Shown: positions 19,089 to 30,323 of the stretch, in pieces
How the letters are laid out: each line of letters opens with the position of its first letter
Position numbering within the stretch: position 1 is the stretch's first letter
Origin: an uncultured Pseudomonadota bacterium
GTDB taxonomy: Bacteria > Pseudomonadota > Gammaproteobacteria > Methylococcales > Methylomonadaceae
Length of the DNA stretch: 64,000 bases
Reading direction: 5' to 3'
Assembly: GCA_903918375.1 (NCBI GenBank)
Contig: CAIXED010000071.1
Coordinates: forward strand, 6,875 to 70,874
The notes under the pieces: model-generated
The model's database searches: none
Told to the model about the DNA's origin: nothing
The model's input: the letters and a program-made list of their open reading frames with translations, nothing else
Program-made: the position numbers and the translations under genes

Positions 19089-20283
19089 TAAATACGATAT
19101 GCCAGACGAACGAGGTCATTTTGGACCTTATGGTGGTATTTTTGTGGCAGAAACCTTGATGCCTGCCATTACAGAATTAAATGAGGCTTATCAACGTTAT
19201 ATGCACGATCCTGAGTTTATTGCTGAACTCGACGCGGATTTACAGCATTACGTTGGTCGTCCTTCGCCGCTTTATCATGCCGAGCGTTGGAGTCGTGAAT
19301 TAGGTGGTGCGCAGATTTATTTGAAGCGCGAAGACTTAAATCACACCGGTGCCCATAAAGTAAACAATACCGTAGGCCAAGCTTTATTAGCTAAGCGTAT
19401 GGGTAAAACCCGCATTATTGCTGAGACTGGCGCAGGTCAACATGGTGTGGCAACAGCGACGGTTGCAGCCAGATTAGGTTTGGAATGTGTGGTTTATATG
19501 GGCGCGGTTGACGTTGCTCGTCAAGCCTTGAACGTTTATCGGATGAAGTTGCTAGGCGCAACGGTAGTGCCGGTTGAATCAGGTTCTAAAACCTTAAAAG
19601 ATGCCTTAAATGAAGCTTTGCGCGATTGGGTAACCAATATCGACAATACTTTCTACATCATCGGTACTGTTGCAGGTCCTCATCCTTATCCTGCGATGGT
19701 GCGTGATTTCCAAGCGATTATTGGTCGCGAAGCTAGACAACAATGTTTGGATCAAGCTGGCAGATTGCCTGACGCTTTAGTCGCTTGCGTTGGTGGTGGC
19801 TCGAATGCGATTGGTTTGTTCTACCCATTTATTGAAGATAAATCAGTCGCTATGTACGGTGTCGAAGCAGCCGGTGATGGTATCGAAACCGGTCGTCACT
19901 CAGCACCGTTATCAGCGGGTCGTCCTGGCGTGTTGCACGGTAATAGAACTTATCTAATGGCTGATGATGATGGTGAAATCATCGAAACCCATTCAATTTC
20001 TGCTGGTTTAGATTACCCAGGTGTAGGTCCTGAACATGCTTGGTTGAAAGACACTGGCCGCGCTCAATATGTCAGTATTACTGATGATGAAGCGATGCAA
20101 GGTTTTCATGCCTTAACCAAAATGGAAGGCATTATTCCTGCTTTAGAATCCAGTCATGCAATGGCTTATGCGATGAAATTAGCGCCGACCATGCGTAAAG
20201 ATCAAATTATTATCGTCAACCTATCAGGACGCGGCGACAAAGATATGCACACTATTATGCAACGTGAGGGTTTAAGTCTATGA
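19081..20283 (+). CDS. trpB: Tryptophan synthase beta chain
   Basis: [42 protein letters not shown]. Confidence 0.99.
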   Translation: MTDKYDMPDERGHFGPYGGIFVAETLMPAITELNEAYQRYMHDPEFIAELDADLQHYVGRPSPLYHAERWSRELGGAQIYLKREDLNHTGAHKVNNTVGQALLAKRMGKTRIIAETGAGQHGVATATVAARLGLECVVYMGAVDVARQALNVYRMKLLGATVVPVESGSKTLKDALNEALRDWVTNIDNTFYIIGTVAGPHPYPAMVRDFQAIIGREARQQCLDQAGRLPDALVACVGGGSNAIGLFYPFIEDKSVAMYGVEAAGDGIETGRHSAPLSAGRPGVLHGNRTYLMADDDGEIIETHSISAGLDYPGVGPEHAWLKDTGRAQYVSITDDEAMQGFHALTKMEGIIPALESSHAMAYAMKLAPTMRKDQIIIVNLSGRGDKDMHTIMQREGLSL

Positions 20284-21083
20284 GTCGCTTAGCCGCTAAA
20301 TTTGCCGAGTTAAAAACTTCTGGCCGTAAAGCCTTAATCCCTTTTATTACTGCTGGCGATCCGTATCCACAATTTACTGTGCCTTTGCTGCATGAAATGG
20401 TGGCAGCGGGTGCTGATGTGATTGAGTTGGGTGTTCCTTTTTCTGATCCTATGGCCGATGGCCCTGTGATTCAACGTGCCAGTGAACGCGCTTTAAGTCA
20501 ACGTACCGGTTTGAGAAAAGTGCTAACTATGGCGATGGAGTTCAGAAAAACCGATCAAACTACGCCATTGGTTTTAATGGGCTATTTGAATCCAATTGAA
20601 ATGATGGGTTATGAAGATTTTGCCAATGCAGCGCAACGTGCTGATGTGGATGGGGTCTTAACCGTTGATTTACCGCCCGAAGAATCAAAAGAATGCGTTG
20701 ATTTGCTACGTGAACGCGGCATTGATCAAATCTTTTTGTTAGCACCGAATACCACCGCTGAACGGATTCAGAAAATGGATGCCTATGGCAGTGGCTATTT
20801 GTATTATGTGTCTTTAAAAGGAGTCACTGGTGCAGGTAATATTGATACGGCTGATGTTGAGCAAAAATTACAGTTGATCCGTGAGAACACTAATATACCT
20901 GTCGGTGTTGGTTTCGGTGTAAAAGATGCTGAAACAGCGAAAACAGTTGCGAATATTGCTGATGGCGTTGTCGTTGGTAGTGCTTTAATCAGTAAAATTG
21001 AAGCTAATCTTGATAATCCTGAGCAGGCAAAAACAGAAATTATTGCCTTGTTAAAATCCATGCGCCAAGCAATGGATAGTTAA
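20280..21083 (+). CDS. trpA: Tryptophan synthase alpha chain
   Basis: [27 protein letters not shown]. Confidence 0.99.
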   Translation: MSRLAAKFAELKTSGRKALIPFITAGDPYPQFTVPLLHEMVAAGADVIELGVPFSDPMADGPVIQRASERALSQRTGLRKVLTMAMEFRKTDQTTPLVLMGYLNPIEMMGYEDFANAAQRADVDGVLTVDLPPEESKECVDLLRERGIDQIFLLAPNTTAERIQKMDAYGSGYLYYVSLKGVTGAGNIDTADVEQKLQLIRENTNIPVGVGFGVKDAETAKTVANIADGVVVGSALISKIEANLDNPEQAKTEIIALLKSMRQAMDS

Positions 21084-21108
21084 GCTTTTATAGCGGAGTA
21101 GACAACGA

Positions 21109-22050
21109 ATGAGTTGGTTTGAAAAATTAGTCCCTTCAATCATTAAAACAGACAGTGCCGAGAAGCGTAATTCGGTACCACAAGGGCTATGGAATAAATG
21201 TCCAAGTTGTGACGCAATTTTGTTTAATGCTGAATTAGTAAAAAACAGCAGTGTTTGTCCAAAATGCGATCATCATTTGCGAATTACTGCCCGTACTCGT
21301 TTAGATTTGTTTCTGGATGAATCTGGCAGACAGGAAATCGGTGCCGGTTTAAAACCAGCCGATCCTTTAAAATTTAAAGACAGCAAACGTTATAAAGATC
21401 GTGTCAGCCAAGCGCAAAAACAAAGCAATGAAAACGATGCTTTAGTAGTCATGAAAGGCAGTTTACATGGTCGTGAGATTGTTGCTGCGGCCTTTGATTT
21501 CAGCTTTATGGGCGGTTCAATGGGTTCGGTTGTTGGTGAGCGTTTTGTGCGTGGCGTTAATGAAAGTTTGCGTTCAAATATACCATTCATCGTATTTACG
21601 GCTAGTGGTGGTGCTCGGATGCAAGAATCTTTGTATTCTTTGTTTCAAATGAGCAAAACCAGTGCCGCTTTAACCAAACTGGCGAACGCAGGTATTCCTT
21701 ATATTTCTTTTATGACCGACCCGACTATGGGTGGTGTATCGGCCAGTTTGGCAATGTTGGGCGACATCAATGTTGCCGAGCCGAACGCCTTGATTGGTTT
21801 TGCTGGGCCTCGGGTTATTGAGCAAACTGTACGTGAAAAATTGCCAGAAGGCTTTCAACGCAGTGAGTTTTTGCAAGAACACGGTGCGATTGACATGATT
21901 ATTGATCGTCGTGAAATGCGCGAAAAAATTGCCAGTATTTTGGCAATTTTGCATCCAGAAAAACCGTATTTTCAAAAAGCCGAGCCTGTTGTTGCTCAAC
22001 AAGAGCAAGAGATTGTTTTAGAAAGCTCAACAGAAGACTCTGAACAATAA
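21109..22050 (+). CDS. accD: Acetyl-CoA carboxylase carboxyltransferase beta subunit
   Basis: Zinc finger [28 protein letters not shown]. Confidence 0.98.
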   Translation: MSWFEKLVPSIIKTDSAEKRNSVPQGLWNKCPSCDAILFNAELVKNSSVCPKCDHHLRITARTRLDLFLDESGRQEIGAGLKPADPLKFKDSKRYKDRVSQAQKQSNENDALVVMKGSLHGREIVAAAFDFSFMGGSMGSVVGERFVRGVNESLRSNIPFIVFTASGGARMQESLYSLFQMSKTSAALTKLANAGIPYISFMTDPTMGGVSASLAMLGDINVAEPNALIGFAGPRVIEQTVREKLPEGFQRSEFLQEHGAIDMIIDRREMREKIASILAILHPEKPYFQKAEPVVAQQEQEIVLESSTEDSEQ

Positions 22051-22057
22051 AGGCACA

Positions 22058-23323
22058 ATGGCGCGTTTTGAATCGCTAGCCGCTTGGCTAAACTGGCAAG
22101 AGCAATTACATCCTAGACCGATTGATTTGGGTTTAGAGCGTATAGCCGAGGTTTACCAGCAGTTAAATCAAGGTCGACCTAAAATCACAACTATTACGGT
22201 TGCAGGGACTAACGGTAAAGGTTCCTGTGTTGCTTATTTAGAAGCGATTTATATAGCGCAAGGTTATCGGGTAGGGGCTTACACTTCTCCGCATATCTTG
22301 CGCTATAACGAACGGATTCGGATTAACGGTCAGCCAGTTGATGACGACACTATTTGCCAGTCTTTCGAGCGAATTGACAAGCTGCGTGGTGAAACCAGTC
22401 TGAGTTATTTTGAATTTAGTACCTTAGCGGGTCTGGATATTTTCGCCAATGCTAATCTGGATATTCAATTGCTTGAAGTGGGTTTAGGCGGGCGATTAGA
22501 CGCTGTCAATATCATTGATCCTGATGTCGCTTTAGTGACCACGATTGGATTAGATCATGTCGAATGGCTGGGTAACACCGAAGAAGCGATTGCAAAAGAA
22601 AAGGCGGGTATTTTCCGTACTGGCAAGCCTGCCATTGTTGGTGATCAGTTGACCCAGCAAGGTTTAATTGAAGTTGCAGAACAAAAACAAGCGAACTTAT
22701 TACAATTAGGTTCGTCATTTTGTTATGTAAAGCATACCGACAGTTGGGATTGGCTTAATGGTACTAATGATTTGCCTGATTTGCCGTTACCTGCGTTTAA
22801 AGGCGAGCACCAATACCGAAACGCGGCCGCGGTTTTGATGGCTGTGACTTGTTTACAATCGCTATTGCCGGTTGGTTTTCCAGCGATAGCACAAGGTTTG
22901 CAAACTGCCCAATTAAAAGGTCGTTTTCAATTGATACCGGGGTCGCCGTCAGTATTATTAGATGTTGGTCATAACCCGCAAGCCGTCCAAACTTTAATTG
23001 AGCATTTAAAAGCGCATTTTTCAACGGTCAAAATTCACGCGGTTTTTGCAATGATGAAGGATAAAGATATTGCAACGGTGATTGCGATGATCAAGCCTTA
23101 TGTCGCAGATTGGTACTTAGCACCATTAACTAACCCGCGTGCAGCCAGCCAAGAATTATTAACCAATTTTTTTCAACAACAAGACATAACAAACGTGTTT
23201 AGCGGGTACAGTGATTGTGCCGCTGCATTTAAAGCCGCGCAAAATGAAGCCCAAGCGGGTGATTTAATTTTAGTGTTTGGCTCCTTTTTTCTAGTGTCTG
23301 AATATTTAGCCAAATTTACCTAG
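22058..23323 (+). CDS. folC: Bifunctional folylpolyglutamate/dihydrofolate synthase
   Basis: VAGTNGKGS, YTSPH, LEVGLGGRLDAVN. Confidence 0.97.
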   Translation: MARFESLAAWLNWQEQLHPRPIDLGLERIAEVYQQLNQGRPKITTITVAGTNGKGSCVAYLEAIYIAQGYRVGAYTSPHILRYNERIRINGQPVDDDTICQSFERIDKLRGETSLSYFEFSTLAGLDIFANANLDIQLLEVGLGGRLDAVNIIDPDVALVTTIGLDHVEWLGNTEEAIAKEKAGIFRTGKPAIVGDQLTQQGLIEVAEQKQANLLQLGSSFCYVKHTDSWDWLNGTNDLPDLPLPAFKGEHQYRNAAAVLMAVTCLQSLLPVGFPAIAQGLQTAQLKGRFQLIPGSPSVLLDVGHNPQAVQTLIEHLKAHFSTVKIHAVFAMMKDKDIATVIAMIKPYVADWYLAPLTNPRAASQELLTNFFQQQDITNVFSGYSDCAAAFKAAQNEAQAGDLILVFGSFFLVSEYLAKFT

Positions 23324-23334
23324 AGGTGATGGAA

Positions 23335-24102
23335 GTGGATCAGGAATTGAAGCAACGTTTAATAGGTGCAGCGGTCATTACCGCATTGGCAGCGATTTTT
23401 GTGCCGATGTTATTTGATGATGCGGTGGATGAAACCGGTAAAAATGTTAATGAATTACAAATACCGGCAATGCCAGCGAAGGCTCAAGAAGTTGAGATTA
23501 TGCCATTGCCTGAAAAAGCCGAAGATGTCGCAACGGTGATTCCGGTTGAAAAATCGCCAAAACCAACCCAAAACAATGCATTTAACGAAGGTGAAGCTGA
23601 TGTTATTCAGCCGGTTCACCCAGCAAAAGTGCTTGGCGATACTCCTGTGACTAATCAGCGTCCAGTTAAAGTGGTTGAGCCGGATGCGGAAATGGCTCAA
23701 GTCGATCCAGATGGTGGATTACCAGAAGATGCGGAGTTAAAACCAGCCACTAAGCCTGGCAAACTACCAACCGCTACTGTCGCGCCAGTTAATCCAATCA
23801 CCAAACCTGTGCCAGTGACACCAGCAGTTGGCACAACACCAGCAAAACCTAATCTAGGCAACGAAGCCGCTACTCGCTGGTATTTGAATGCCGGTAGTTT
23901 TTCACAAAAAGCCAATGCCACTGCCTTGCAAGAAAGTCTTAAACAACAAGGTTTTGCAGCTACTATTAAAGAAGCTAATGGTGAAAAAGGCATTGTATAT
24001 AAAGTGAGAATCGGGCCGATGTTAGATAAAGCTAAAGCCCAAGCGGTTAAAAACAAACTGACGCAAATTAACGTCAATACTTTTGTCGCGCCTGAAGAAT
24101 AA
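23335..24102 (+). CDS. dedD: SPOR-domain cell division protein DedD
   Basis: N-terminal KQRLIGA plus TM, Pro-rich linker and C-terminal SPOR domain; lies between folC and cvpA. Start uncertain (23326-23335). Confidence 0.85.
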   Translation: MDQELKQRLIGAAVITALAAIFVPMLFDDAVDETGKNVNELQIPAMPAKAQEVEIMPLPEKAEDVATVIPVEKSPKPTQNNAFNEGEADVIQPVHPAKVLGDTPVTNQRPVKVVEPDAEMAQVDPDGGLPEDAELKPATKPGKLPTATVAPVNPITKPVPVTPAVGTTPAKPNLGNEAATRWYLNAGSFSQKANATALQESLKQQGFAATIKEANGEKGIVYKVRIGPMLDKAKAQAVKNKLTQINVNTFVAPEE

Positions 24103-24133
24103 TGGCTATAGCCCGCTAAGCTAAGCGCATAGG

Positions 24134-24652
24134 ATGCAAGCCTTTTTAGCAACGGCCAACTGGATTTGGGTCGATTATGTGATAGCCGTTTTGCTGGGTT
24201 TACCGGCTTTACGCGGTTTGTTTCGTGGCTTGCTTAAAGAGTTATTTGCTTTAGGTGCTTGGTTGTTGGCGATTGTGATTGGCTTGCAATATAACGCTGA
24301 AGTGGCGTTCTTATTGCAAAATAACATTGCTAATCCAATCACCAGAATTGCCTCGGCTTTTGGTATTTTAGTGGCGATCACTTTGTTGTTTGCGGCACTG
24401 ATTAATTTTTTGCTCAGTGAATTGATTTACAAGTCTGGCCTTGGCTTGCTCAATCGATTATTAGGCTTTGGCTTTGGTTTTATTAAAGGTAGTGTGTTGG
24501 TGCTTATTCTGATTTTTTTGGCAGGATTAAGTACGATTCCAGAAGATCCTTGGTGGAAACAATCGTTATTGATTCCACCATTTCAAGCTTTAGCCATGTG
24601 GCTAAAAGAGTACATCCCGTCAAATCTGGCGGGTTATATCAATTTTCGTTAA
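24134..24652 (+). CDS. cvpA: CvpA family membrane protein
   Basis: VDYVI...RGLLKELFAL, NRLLGFGFGFIKG; upstream of purF. Confidence 0.92.
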   Translation: MQAFLATANWIWVDYVIAVLLGLPALRGLFRGLLKELFALGAWLLAIVIGLQYNAEVAFLLQNNIANPITRIASAFGILVAITLLFAALINFLLSELIYKSGLGLLNRLLGFGFGFIKGSVLVLILIFLAGLSTIPEDPWWKQSLLIPPFQALAMWLKEYIPSNLAGYINFR

Positions 24653-24667
24653 TTTTTTGAGACTGCT

Positions 24668-26176
24668 ATGTGTGGTATTGCTGCGATTGTGTCCAATCAA
24701 AATGTCAATCAGGATCTTTATGATGCTTTGACAGTGCTTCAACACCGAGGCCAGGACGCTGCGGGTATCGTGACCTGTGAAGGTTCACGGTTACATTTAC
24801 GTAAAGATAATGGTTTGGCGCGTGACGTGTTTTCTAATAGTCAAATGCTAAAATTAAAAGGCAATATGGGTATCGCCCATGTCCGTTATCCAACAGCGGG
24901 CTGCACCAGCTCTGCCGAAGCCCAACCTTTTTACGTCAACTCGCCATTTGGTTTGACCTTGGCGCATAACGGTAACTTGACCAACACTGAAGAATTAAAA
25001 ATTCAGGTGTTTGAAGATGACCAACGTCATATCAATACCGACTCTGATTCTGAAGTATTACTGAATGTATTTGCTCACGAATTGCAACAAGCAGGGCGCT
25101 TAACACTGACTGTCGATGATGTCTTTCAAGCAGTAACCGCAGTGCATAAACGATGCCGTGGCGCTTACGCTGTAGTGATTATGATTGCCGGTTTTGGGGT
25201 TTTAGGTTTTAGAGATCCGCACGGGATTCGGCCGATTGTTTATGGCGAACGCAAAACCGAAGAAGGCACCACTGATTACATGTTGGCCTCAGAAAGCGTC
25301 GCTTTAGACGTTTTAGATTTTCAATTGATTAGAGATATTGCGCCTGGTGAAGCGGTATTTATCGAAGCTAACGGCACACTACATACCAAACAATGTGCTG
25401 AGCAAATCGACCATTGCCCTTGTATTTTTGAATACGTCTATTTTGCCCGACCAGATTCAATTATCGACAATATTTCAGTTTATAAAGCGCGGATGCGGAT
25501 GGGTAAAAAATTGGCCGATAAAATCCGTCGCGAATGGCCAGATCACGATATTGATGTGGTGATTCCGATTCCAGATACCAGCCGCACCGCAGCCTCACAA
25601 ATGGCACATGAATTGGGCGTTAAGTTCCGCGAAGGTTTCATGAAAAACCGCTACATCGGTCGGACTTTTATTATGCCCGGTCAAAAAATGCGCAAAAAGT
25701 CGGTTAAGCAAAAGCTCAATGCGATTTCATTAGAATTTAAAGATAAAAACGTTTTATTGGTTGATGACTCGGTTGTGCGTGGTACTACTTCAGAGCAAAT
25801 TATCCAAATGGCCAGAGATGCCGGTGCGAAAAAGGTTTATTTCGCTTCTGCTGCGCCACCAGTGCGTTACCCTAACGTTTACGGCATTGATATGCCGGCA
25901 GCCCATGAATTGATTGCTCATGGTAGAACCGAGCAGGAAGTTTGTGAAGCGATTGGTGCCGACAAACTGATTTATCAAGAAATTGGCGATTTAATTGACG
26001 CCGTGAATACCGGTAATCACAACATCAGTCATTTTGATACCTCGTGTTTCACTCACGAATATATCACTGGCGATATTGACGATGCTTATTTGGCGCGGAT
26101 TGAAGCTTTGCGCAATGATGGCGCTCAAGAGCAACGCAAAGTCGATACTGATTTGATTGAAGCCCAAGGCGCATAA
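24668..26176 (+). CDS. purF: Amidophosphoribosyltransferase
   Basis: MCGI start, [24 protein letters not shown]. Confidence 0.99.
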   Translation: MCGIAAIVSNQNVNQDLYDALTVLQHRGQDAAGIVTCEGSRLHLRKDNGLARDVFSNSQMLKLKGNMGIAHVRYPTAGCTSSAEAQPFYVNSPFGLTLAHNGNLTNTEELKIQVFEDDQRHINTDSDSEVLLNVFAHELQQAGRLTLTVDDVFQAVTAVHKRCRGAYAVVIMIAGFGVLGFRDPHGIRPIVYGERKTEEGTTDYMLASESVALDVLDFQLIRDIAPGEAVFIEANGTLHTKQCAEQIDHCPCIFEYVYFARPDSIIDNISVYKARMRMGKKLADKIRREWPDHDIDVVIPIPDTSRTAASQMAHELGVKFREGFMKNRYIGRTFIMPGQKMRKKSVKQKLNAISLEFKDKNVLLVDDSVVRGTTSEQIIQMARDAGAKKVYFASAAPPVRYPNVYGIDMPAAHELIAHGRTEQEVCEAIGADKLIYQEIGDLIDAVNTGNHNISHFDTSCFTHEYITGDIDDAYLARIEALRNDGAQEQRKVDTDLIEAQGA

Positions 26177-26189
26177 AAACGGAACGAAT

Positions 26190-27374
26190 ATGAGCGAAGA
26201 TTTAGATTGGCAAGATTATGCGATTGAAACCCAAGCGATAAGAGTAGGGCATAAGCGCACGCCAGAAGACGAACATAGCATTCCAATTTTTGCTACTTCT
26301 AGCTATGTATTTGAGAGTGCAGAACAAGCGTCTCTGCGTTTTACCGGTAAGCAGCCAGGCAATATTTATTCACGCTTTACCAATCCAACCGTGAGCGCCT
26401 TCCAAGATCGTTTAGCGTTAATGGAGCAAGGCGAGCGTTGCTTAGCATTTGCTTCTGGTATGGCGGCAATTATGGCGGTCGGCATGGCTTTGTTAAAGTC
26501 TGGCGATCATGTGGTTTGTTCGCGCAGTGTGTTTGGTAATACGCTATTAACTTTCCAAACTTATTTTGGCAAATTTGGCGTTACCACTGATTTTGTCAAG
26601 CTCACTGATTTAGCTGCTTGGGAAGCGGCGATAAAACCGAATACCCGTTTTCTGTTTTTAGAAACGCCATCTAATCCCTTGATCGAAATTGGTGACATTG
26701 CCGCGATAGCCGAGATTGCTCATCGTCATGGTTGTTTGCTGGTGGTTGATAATGTTTTCTGTACTCCGGTATTACAAAAGCCATTAACGCTGGGTGCTGA
26801 TTTGGTGGTTCACTCGACGACTAAATACATTGATGGCCAAGGCCGTTGTGTTGGTGGTGCGGTAGTCGGTAGCGAAGCGATTATTGAAAAAGACCTTTAC
26901 CCTTATTTACGGACTGGCGGCGCGACTATGAGCCCATTCAATGCTTGGGTATTTTTGGCTGGTTTAGAAACTTTAGCTTTGCGAATGAAAGCCCATTGCG
27001 ACAATGCTTTTGAATTGGCGAAATGGCTGGAGCAACAACCGAATGTTGAAAAAGTCCATTACCCCGGTTTAGCTTCTCATGCTCAACACGAACTGGCCAA
27101 ACGTCAGCAAAGCCATTTTGGTGGGGTAGTCAGTTTTGAATTACGCGGTGGTAAAGAGCAAGCTTGGAAATTAATTGATTCCACTAAGATGTTATCAATC
27201 ACCGCCAACTTAGGTGATGTGAAAACCACGATTACGCATCCAGCCACCACCACTCATGGTCGATTGACGCCTGAACTGCGCGCAGAAGCGGGAATTAAAG
27301 ACAGTTTGGTGAGAATTTCGGTTGGTTTGGAAAATATCGAAGACATTAAAAACGATTTGTTGAATGGGCTTTGA
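26190..27374 (+). CDS. metZ: O-succinylhomoserine sulfhydrylase
   Basis: YSRFTNPT, HSTTKYIDGQGR, ANLGDVKTTITHPATTTHGR; follows purF; ATG at 26190. Confidence 0.93.
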   Translation: MSEDLDWQDYAIETQAIRVGHKRTPEDEHSIPIFATSSYVFESAEQASLRFTGKQPGNIYSRFTNPTVSAFQDRLALMEQGERCLAFASGMAAIMAVGMALLKSGDHVVCSRSVFGNTLLTFQTYFGKFGVTTDFVKLTDLAAWEAAIKPNTRFLFLETPSNPLIEIGDIAAIAEIAHRHGCLLVVDNVFCTPVLQKPLTLGADLVVHSTTKYIDGQGRCVGGAVVGSEAIIEKDLYPYLRTGGATMSPFNAWVFLAGLETLALRMKAHCDNAFELAKWLEQQPNVEKVHYPGLASHAQHELAKRQQSHFGGVVSFELRGGKEQAWKLIDSTKMLSITANLGDVKTTITHPATTTHGRLTPELRAEAGIKDSLVRISVGLENIEDIKNDLLNGL

Positions 27375-27505
27375 GTGTCAATTTGAAGTTAATCGCTAAA
27401 AATTCCAATGCCATCGGTATTGAGTGAGTTTTTAGTTGTTTATAGAAGGTTTCGCGTTGCGAGGCTTATTTAGATGTCGGTTTCACGAAAAACATCCCTG
27501 TTTTT

Positions 27506-27766
27506 CGCCCTAACGGGTAAATGCCAATCGGCTATCCTGCCGATTGGTCGCACCGACAGGCGAGTTACTTTCTTTTGCATGGCCAAAAGAAAGTAACCAA
27601 AGAAAAGGCCACCCGACCGCCGCTTTTATCCTGCGCTCCGAAGCGTTTACTAGGGGTTGGCAAAATGGGCTTCCTGCCCCTTTGCCAACTTGCCGCATCC
27701 ATGCGGCAACCCTAACGGGCTACTCCCAGTAAACGCTTCGGTGCTCGGCGCGGCAGAACGGGAAAA
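27506..27766. repeat. Highly structured intergenic element (MITE/REP-like repeat or structured RNA)
   Basis: Five perfect inverted repeats of 9-14 bp, partly nested, plus CCCTAACGGG twice (27508 and 27710). GC-richer than its flanks. Confidence 0.7.
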
Positions 27767-27800
27767 CAATCACCTACTGCGTAACATCAGTTAAACAAAA

Positions 27801-29006
27801 ATGAAGCTGAAAAAACTGAGTATTGGAATAAGTCTAGCCATCGCTTTGGCGCAACCTTGTATGGCTGCACCGAAAGCCAAACCCGCGCCTTCTGCACCGG
27901 CAGTTGCCGCCAAGCAAGTGGTTAAAATTGCTTATTTCACCCAACAACAAAACCCGCCAGCCGCTTTATCAAATCTTGATCCGTTCATTGTTGATAAAGG
28001 CGTGATTGGCGCTGAATTAGCGATTAGCGATAACAACACCACCGGCCAATTCACTGGTCAGCAATATATCCTGCAAAAAATTGTCGTACCAGTCGATGGC
28101 GATGTGGTTCAGGCATTTAATCAGCAAATAGCCGCTGATGTCGGTTTGGTGGTGCTGAATCTCAATTCAGAGCAAATGTTGAAAGTCGCTGATTTAGCCA
28201 GCGCGCAGCAAAAATTGTTGTTCGATGCAGCCACCAGCGATGATGAAAATCGCAACGGCCAATGTCGTCATGGCGTACTACATATCTTGCCTAGCCGAGC
28301 GATGCGAGCCGATGCCTTAGCGCAATATATGCTGAAAAAACGCTGGCAAAAATGGTTTTTGGTGGTCGGTCAAACTCAAGAAGATCAATTGTTTGCTGCT
28401 GCAATTAAACGTGCGGCTAAACGCTTTAATCTAAAAATTGTTGCCGAGAAAAATTGGACCAACGATTTTGATGCTCGCCGCACCGCGCAAGCCGATGTAC
28501 CGGTGTTTACCCAAGGTGAAGATTATGATGTATTGGTGGTGGCGGATGAACAAGGCTTGTTCGGCGAATATTTCGATTACCGAACTTGGAGTCCGCGTCC
28601 AGTAATTGGTACCCAAGGCTTAATTGCCACGGCATGGCATCCAAGTCATGAGCAATGGGGCGCAGTGCAGTTACAAAATCGATTTAAAGACCAAGCCGGT
28701 CGTTGGATGCAAGAAGTCGATTACGGGGCTTATTTAGCGGTACGAGCGATTGGTGAAGCCAGTGTTCGCAGTAAATCCAATCAAGTCCCCGCGATTCGGG
28801 ATTATCTGTTTTCCAGTCATTTTGCCTTGCAAGGCTATAAAGGGATGCCGCTATCGTTCCGAGCTTGGGATGGTCAGCTACGGCAACCGGTTTTATTGGC
28901 CGCGCCACGTTCTTTAGTCGCGGTTGCACCGATTGAAGGTTTCTTACATCCAAAATCGGAATTAGATACTTTGGGTTACGATCAACCAGAAACCAGCTGC
29001 AAATAA
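27801..29006 (+). CDS. ABC transporter substrate-binding protein of the PQQ-dependent alcohol dehydrogenase-associated type
   Basis: Signal peptide; DNNTTGQFTGQ, PSRAMRADALAQY, WHPSHEQWGAVQLQNRF, LSFRAWDGQLRQP, ELDTLGYDQPETSC. Confidence 0.85.
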   Translation: MKLKKLSIGISLAIALAQPCMAAPKAKPAPSAPAVAAKQVVKIAYFTQQQNPPAALSNLDPFIVDKGVIGAELAISDNNTTGQFTGQQYILQKIVVPVDGDVVQAFNQQIAADVGLVVLNLNSEQMLKVADLASAQQKLLFDAATSDDENRNGQCRHGVLHILPSRAMRADALAQYMLKKRWQKWFLVVGQTQEDQLFAAAIKRAAKRFNLKIVAEKNWTNDFDARRTAQADVPVFTQGEDYDVLVVADEQGLFGEYFDYRTWSPRPVIGTQGLIATAWHPSHEQWGAVQLQNRFKDQAGRWMQEVDYGAYLAVRAIGEASVRSKSNQVPAIRDYLFSSHFALQGYKGMPLSFRAWDGQLRQPVLLAAPRSLVAVAPIEGFLHPKSELDTLGYDQPETSCK

Positions 29007-29011
29007 AGCCT

Positions 29012-30070
29012 TTAAAACACGCTTGGTAATCCTGGAATCCCTAGGGTTTGTATATGGTTAGCATTGCTGCCTTCTTGATAGGCCAGCAATTTGCCGTCAT
29101 GTTGCCAAAGCCTAAATGCCAAGGCTTGTGACAAAACCCGAATCGGATAATCACGCGGTAGTTCTTGTAGATAAGGTTGCATGGTCACAAAATCGGTGGC
29201 TCCGTATTGTTTCATGATGAAAGCCAAGCCACCGTTACGCGGGCCAATGTTGTAAGCCAGTAAACCCAGATACAAGTCGTTGTGCATTTCGCTGAGATAA
29301 AACTTTAATGTCGCTGCGGCAATAAAAGCATTATGACGGGTATCGGTTAGCGATAATTTACTGACAGCTAAACGCAGTCTGGCTTGTTCCATAATCGATT
29401 TTGGGACAGCGGTAATTTGAAATAAACCGTGGCCACCATCATGGCTGTCGCGCGGTAAAAAAGATGATTCGGTGGCGGCTAGGCCGCACAATAACTCTGG
29501 ATCGAGCTGATAAGCTTTCGCAGCTTCATTAATAATGGCGTAGTAGGGATTAGCTCTTAGAATAATGGTTTGCAATTGTTCGGCATCGTGGCGTCGATAG
29601 GCTGCATAAACTTGGTGTGCTAGCGTTTCGCTCCGTACTTGCTGTTTGCCGCCGACTAAACTGCGTAACTGTTTAAAAGTCGCTAAATAGTCGGTTTGAC
29701 TGGCCAATCTTGCTGAGCCTGCCGCCAATCCGATCGCGAGTAAGCTAGGTAAAATCCAAGCGAATTCAATTAAACGTTTTCGTATTTGACTCCATAGCAA
29801 CAAACCCAATGCAGCAACCACGACTAAACCGACAATCCCAGCAGCGAAAGGTAATAAATTGGTATAAAAATCCGAGCCGGAAAATTGTTGAGCAAAGTAA
29901 CCCAAGGCCAGCAAAGTGCCAATAGCTGCGGTGACAGTCAGACTCAAAAACTCTAAAACCGTAAACCACAGCCGAGTTTGATTGAGTTTGTTTTTACGTT
30001 TGCGAACTTTGGGTTTTGATTGACGACGAGGACGGGGCTTTTTGGCAATTGTTTGCCGAGTTCGGCTCAT
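29012..30070 (-). CDS. Membrane-anchored lytic transglycosylase (SLT domain)
   Basis: Basic N-terminus and three TM segments; ATESSF, GLFQI and LLAYNIGP SLT motifs. Confidence 0.85.
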   Translation of the reverse strand: MSRTRQTIAKKPRPRRQSKPKVRKRKNKLNQTRLWFTVLEFLSLTVTAAIGTLLALGYFAQQFSGSDFYTNLLPFAAGIVGLVVVAALGLLLWSQIRKRLIEFAWILPSLLAIGLAAGSARLASQTDYLATFKQLRSLVGGKQQVRSETLAHQVYAAYRRHDAEQLQTIILRANPYYAIINEAAKAYQLDPELLCGLAATESSFLPRDSHDGGHGLFQITAVPKSIMEQARLRLAVSKLSLTDTRHNAFIAAATLKFYLSEMHNDLYLGLLAYNIGPRNGGLAFIMKQYGATDFVTMQPYLQELPRDYPIRVLSQALAFRLWQHDGKLLAYQEGSNANHIQTLGIPGLPSVF

Positions 30071-30141
30071 AAATCACGAAAGGTTAGGCTGAAATTAGGC
30101 CTAGTTTATCCTGATTTTGCGCTATTTAACTTAAAGCCGAG

Positions 30142-30169
30142 TTGACGATAGCCGAGGCGATGGTATATT
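30142..30169 (+). promoter_or_regulatory. Candidate sigma70 promoter
   Basis: TTGACG, 16-bp spacer, TATATT preceded by TGG (extended -10); upstream of the 30324 gene. Confidence 0.4.
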
Positions 30170-30323
30170 CCTATTCCTGTTGAAAGATGTTGTTAAGCAT
30201 CATTCATGTCGCCAAGCTGAAAATTATAATAATAACGGGGTGTGAAAGGCCTAATTGGCCTTGAGTTACTCTAAAATGCCCTTGGGCATGTTTACAACAT
30301 CTAATAGATCAAGGATTATTCGT

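Noticed and set aside
27510..27732. Three overlapping 62-64 aa ORFs
   Set aside because: Artefacts of the palindromic element; no SD or protein motifs.
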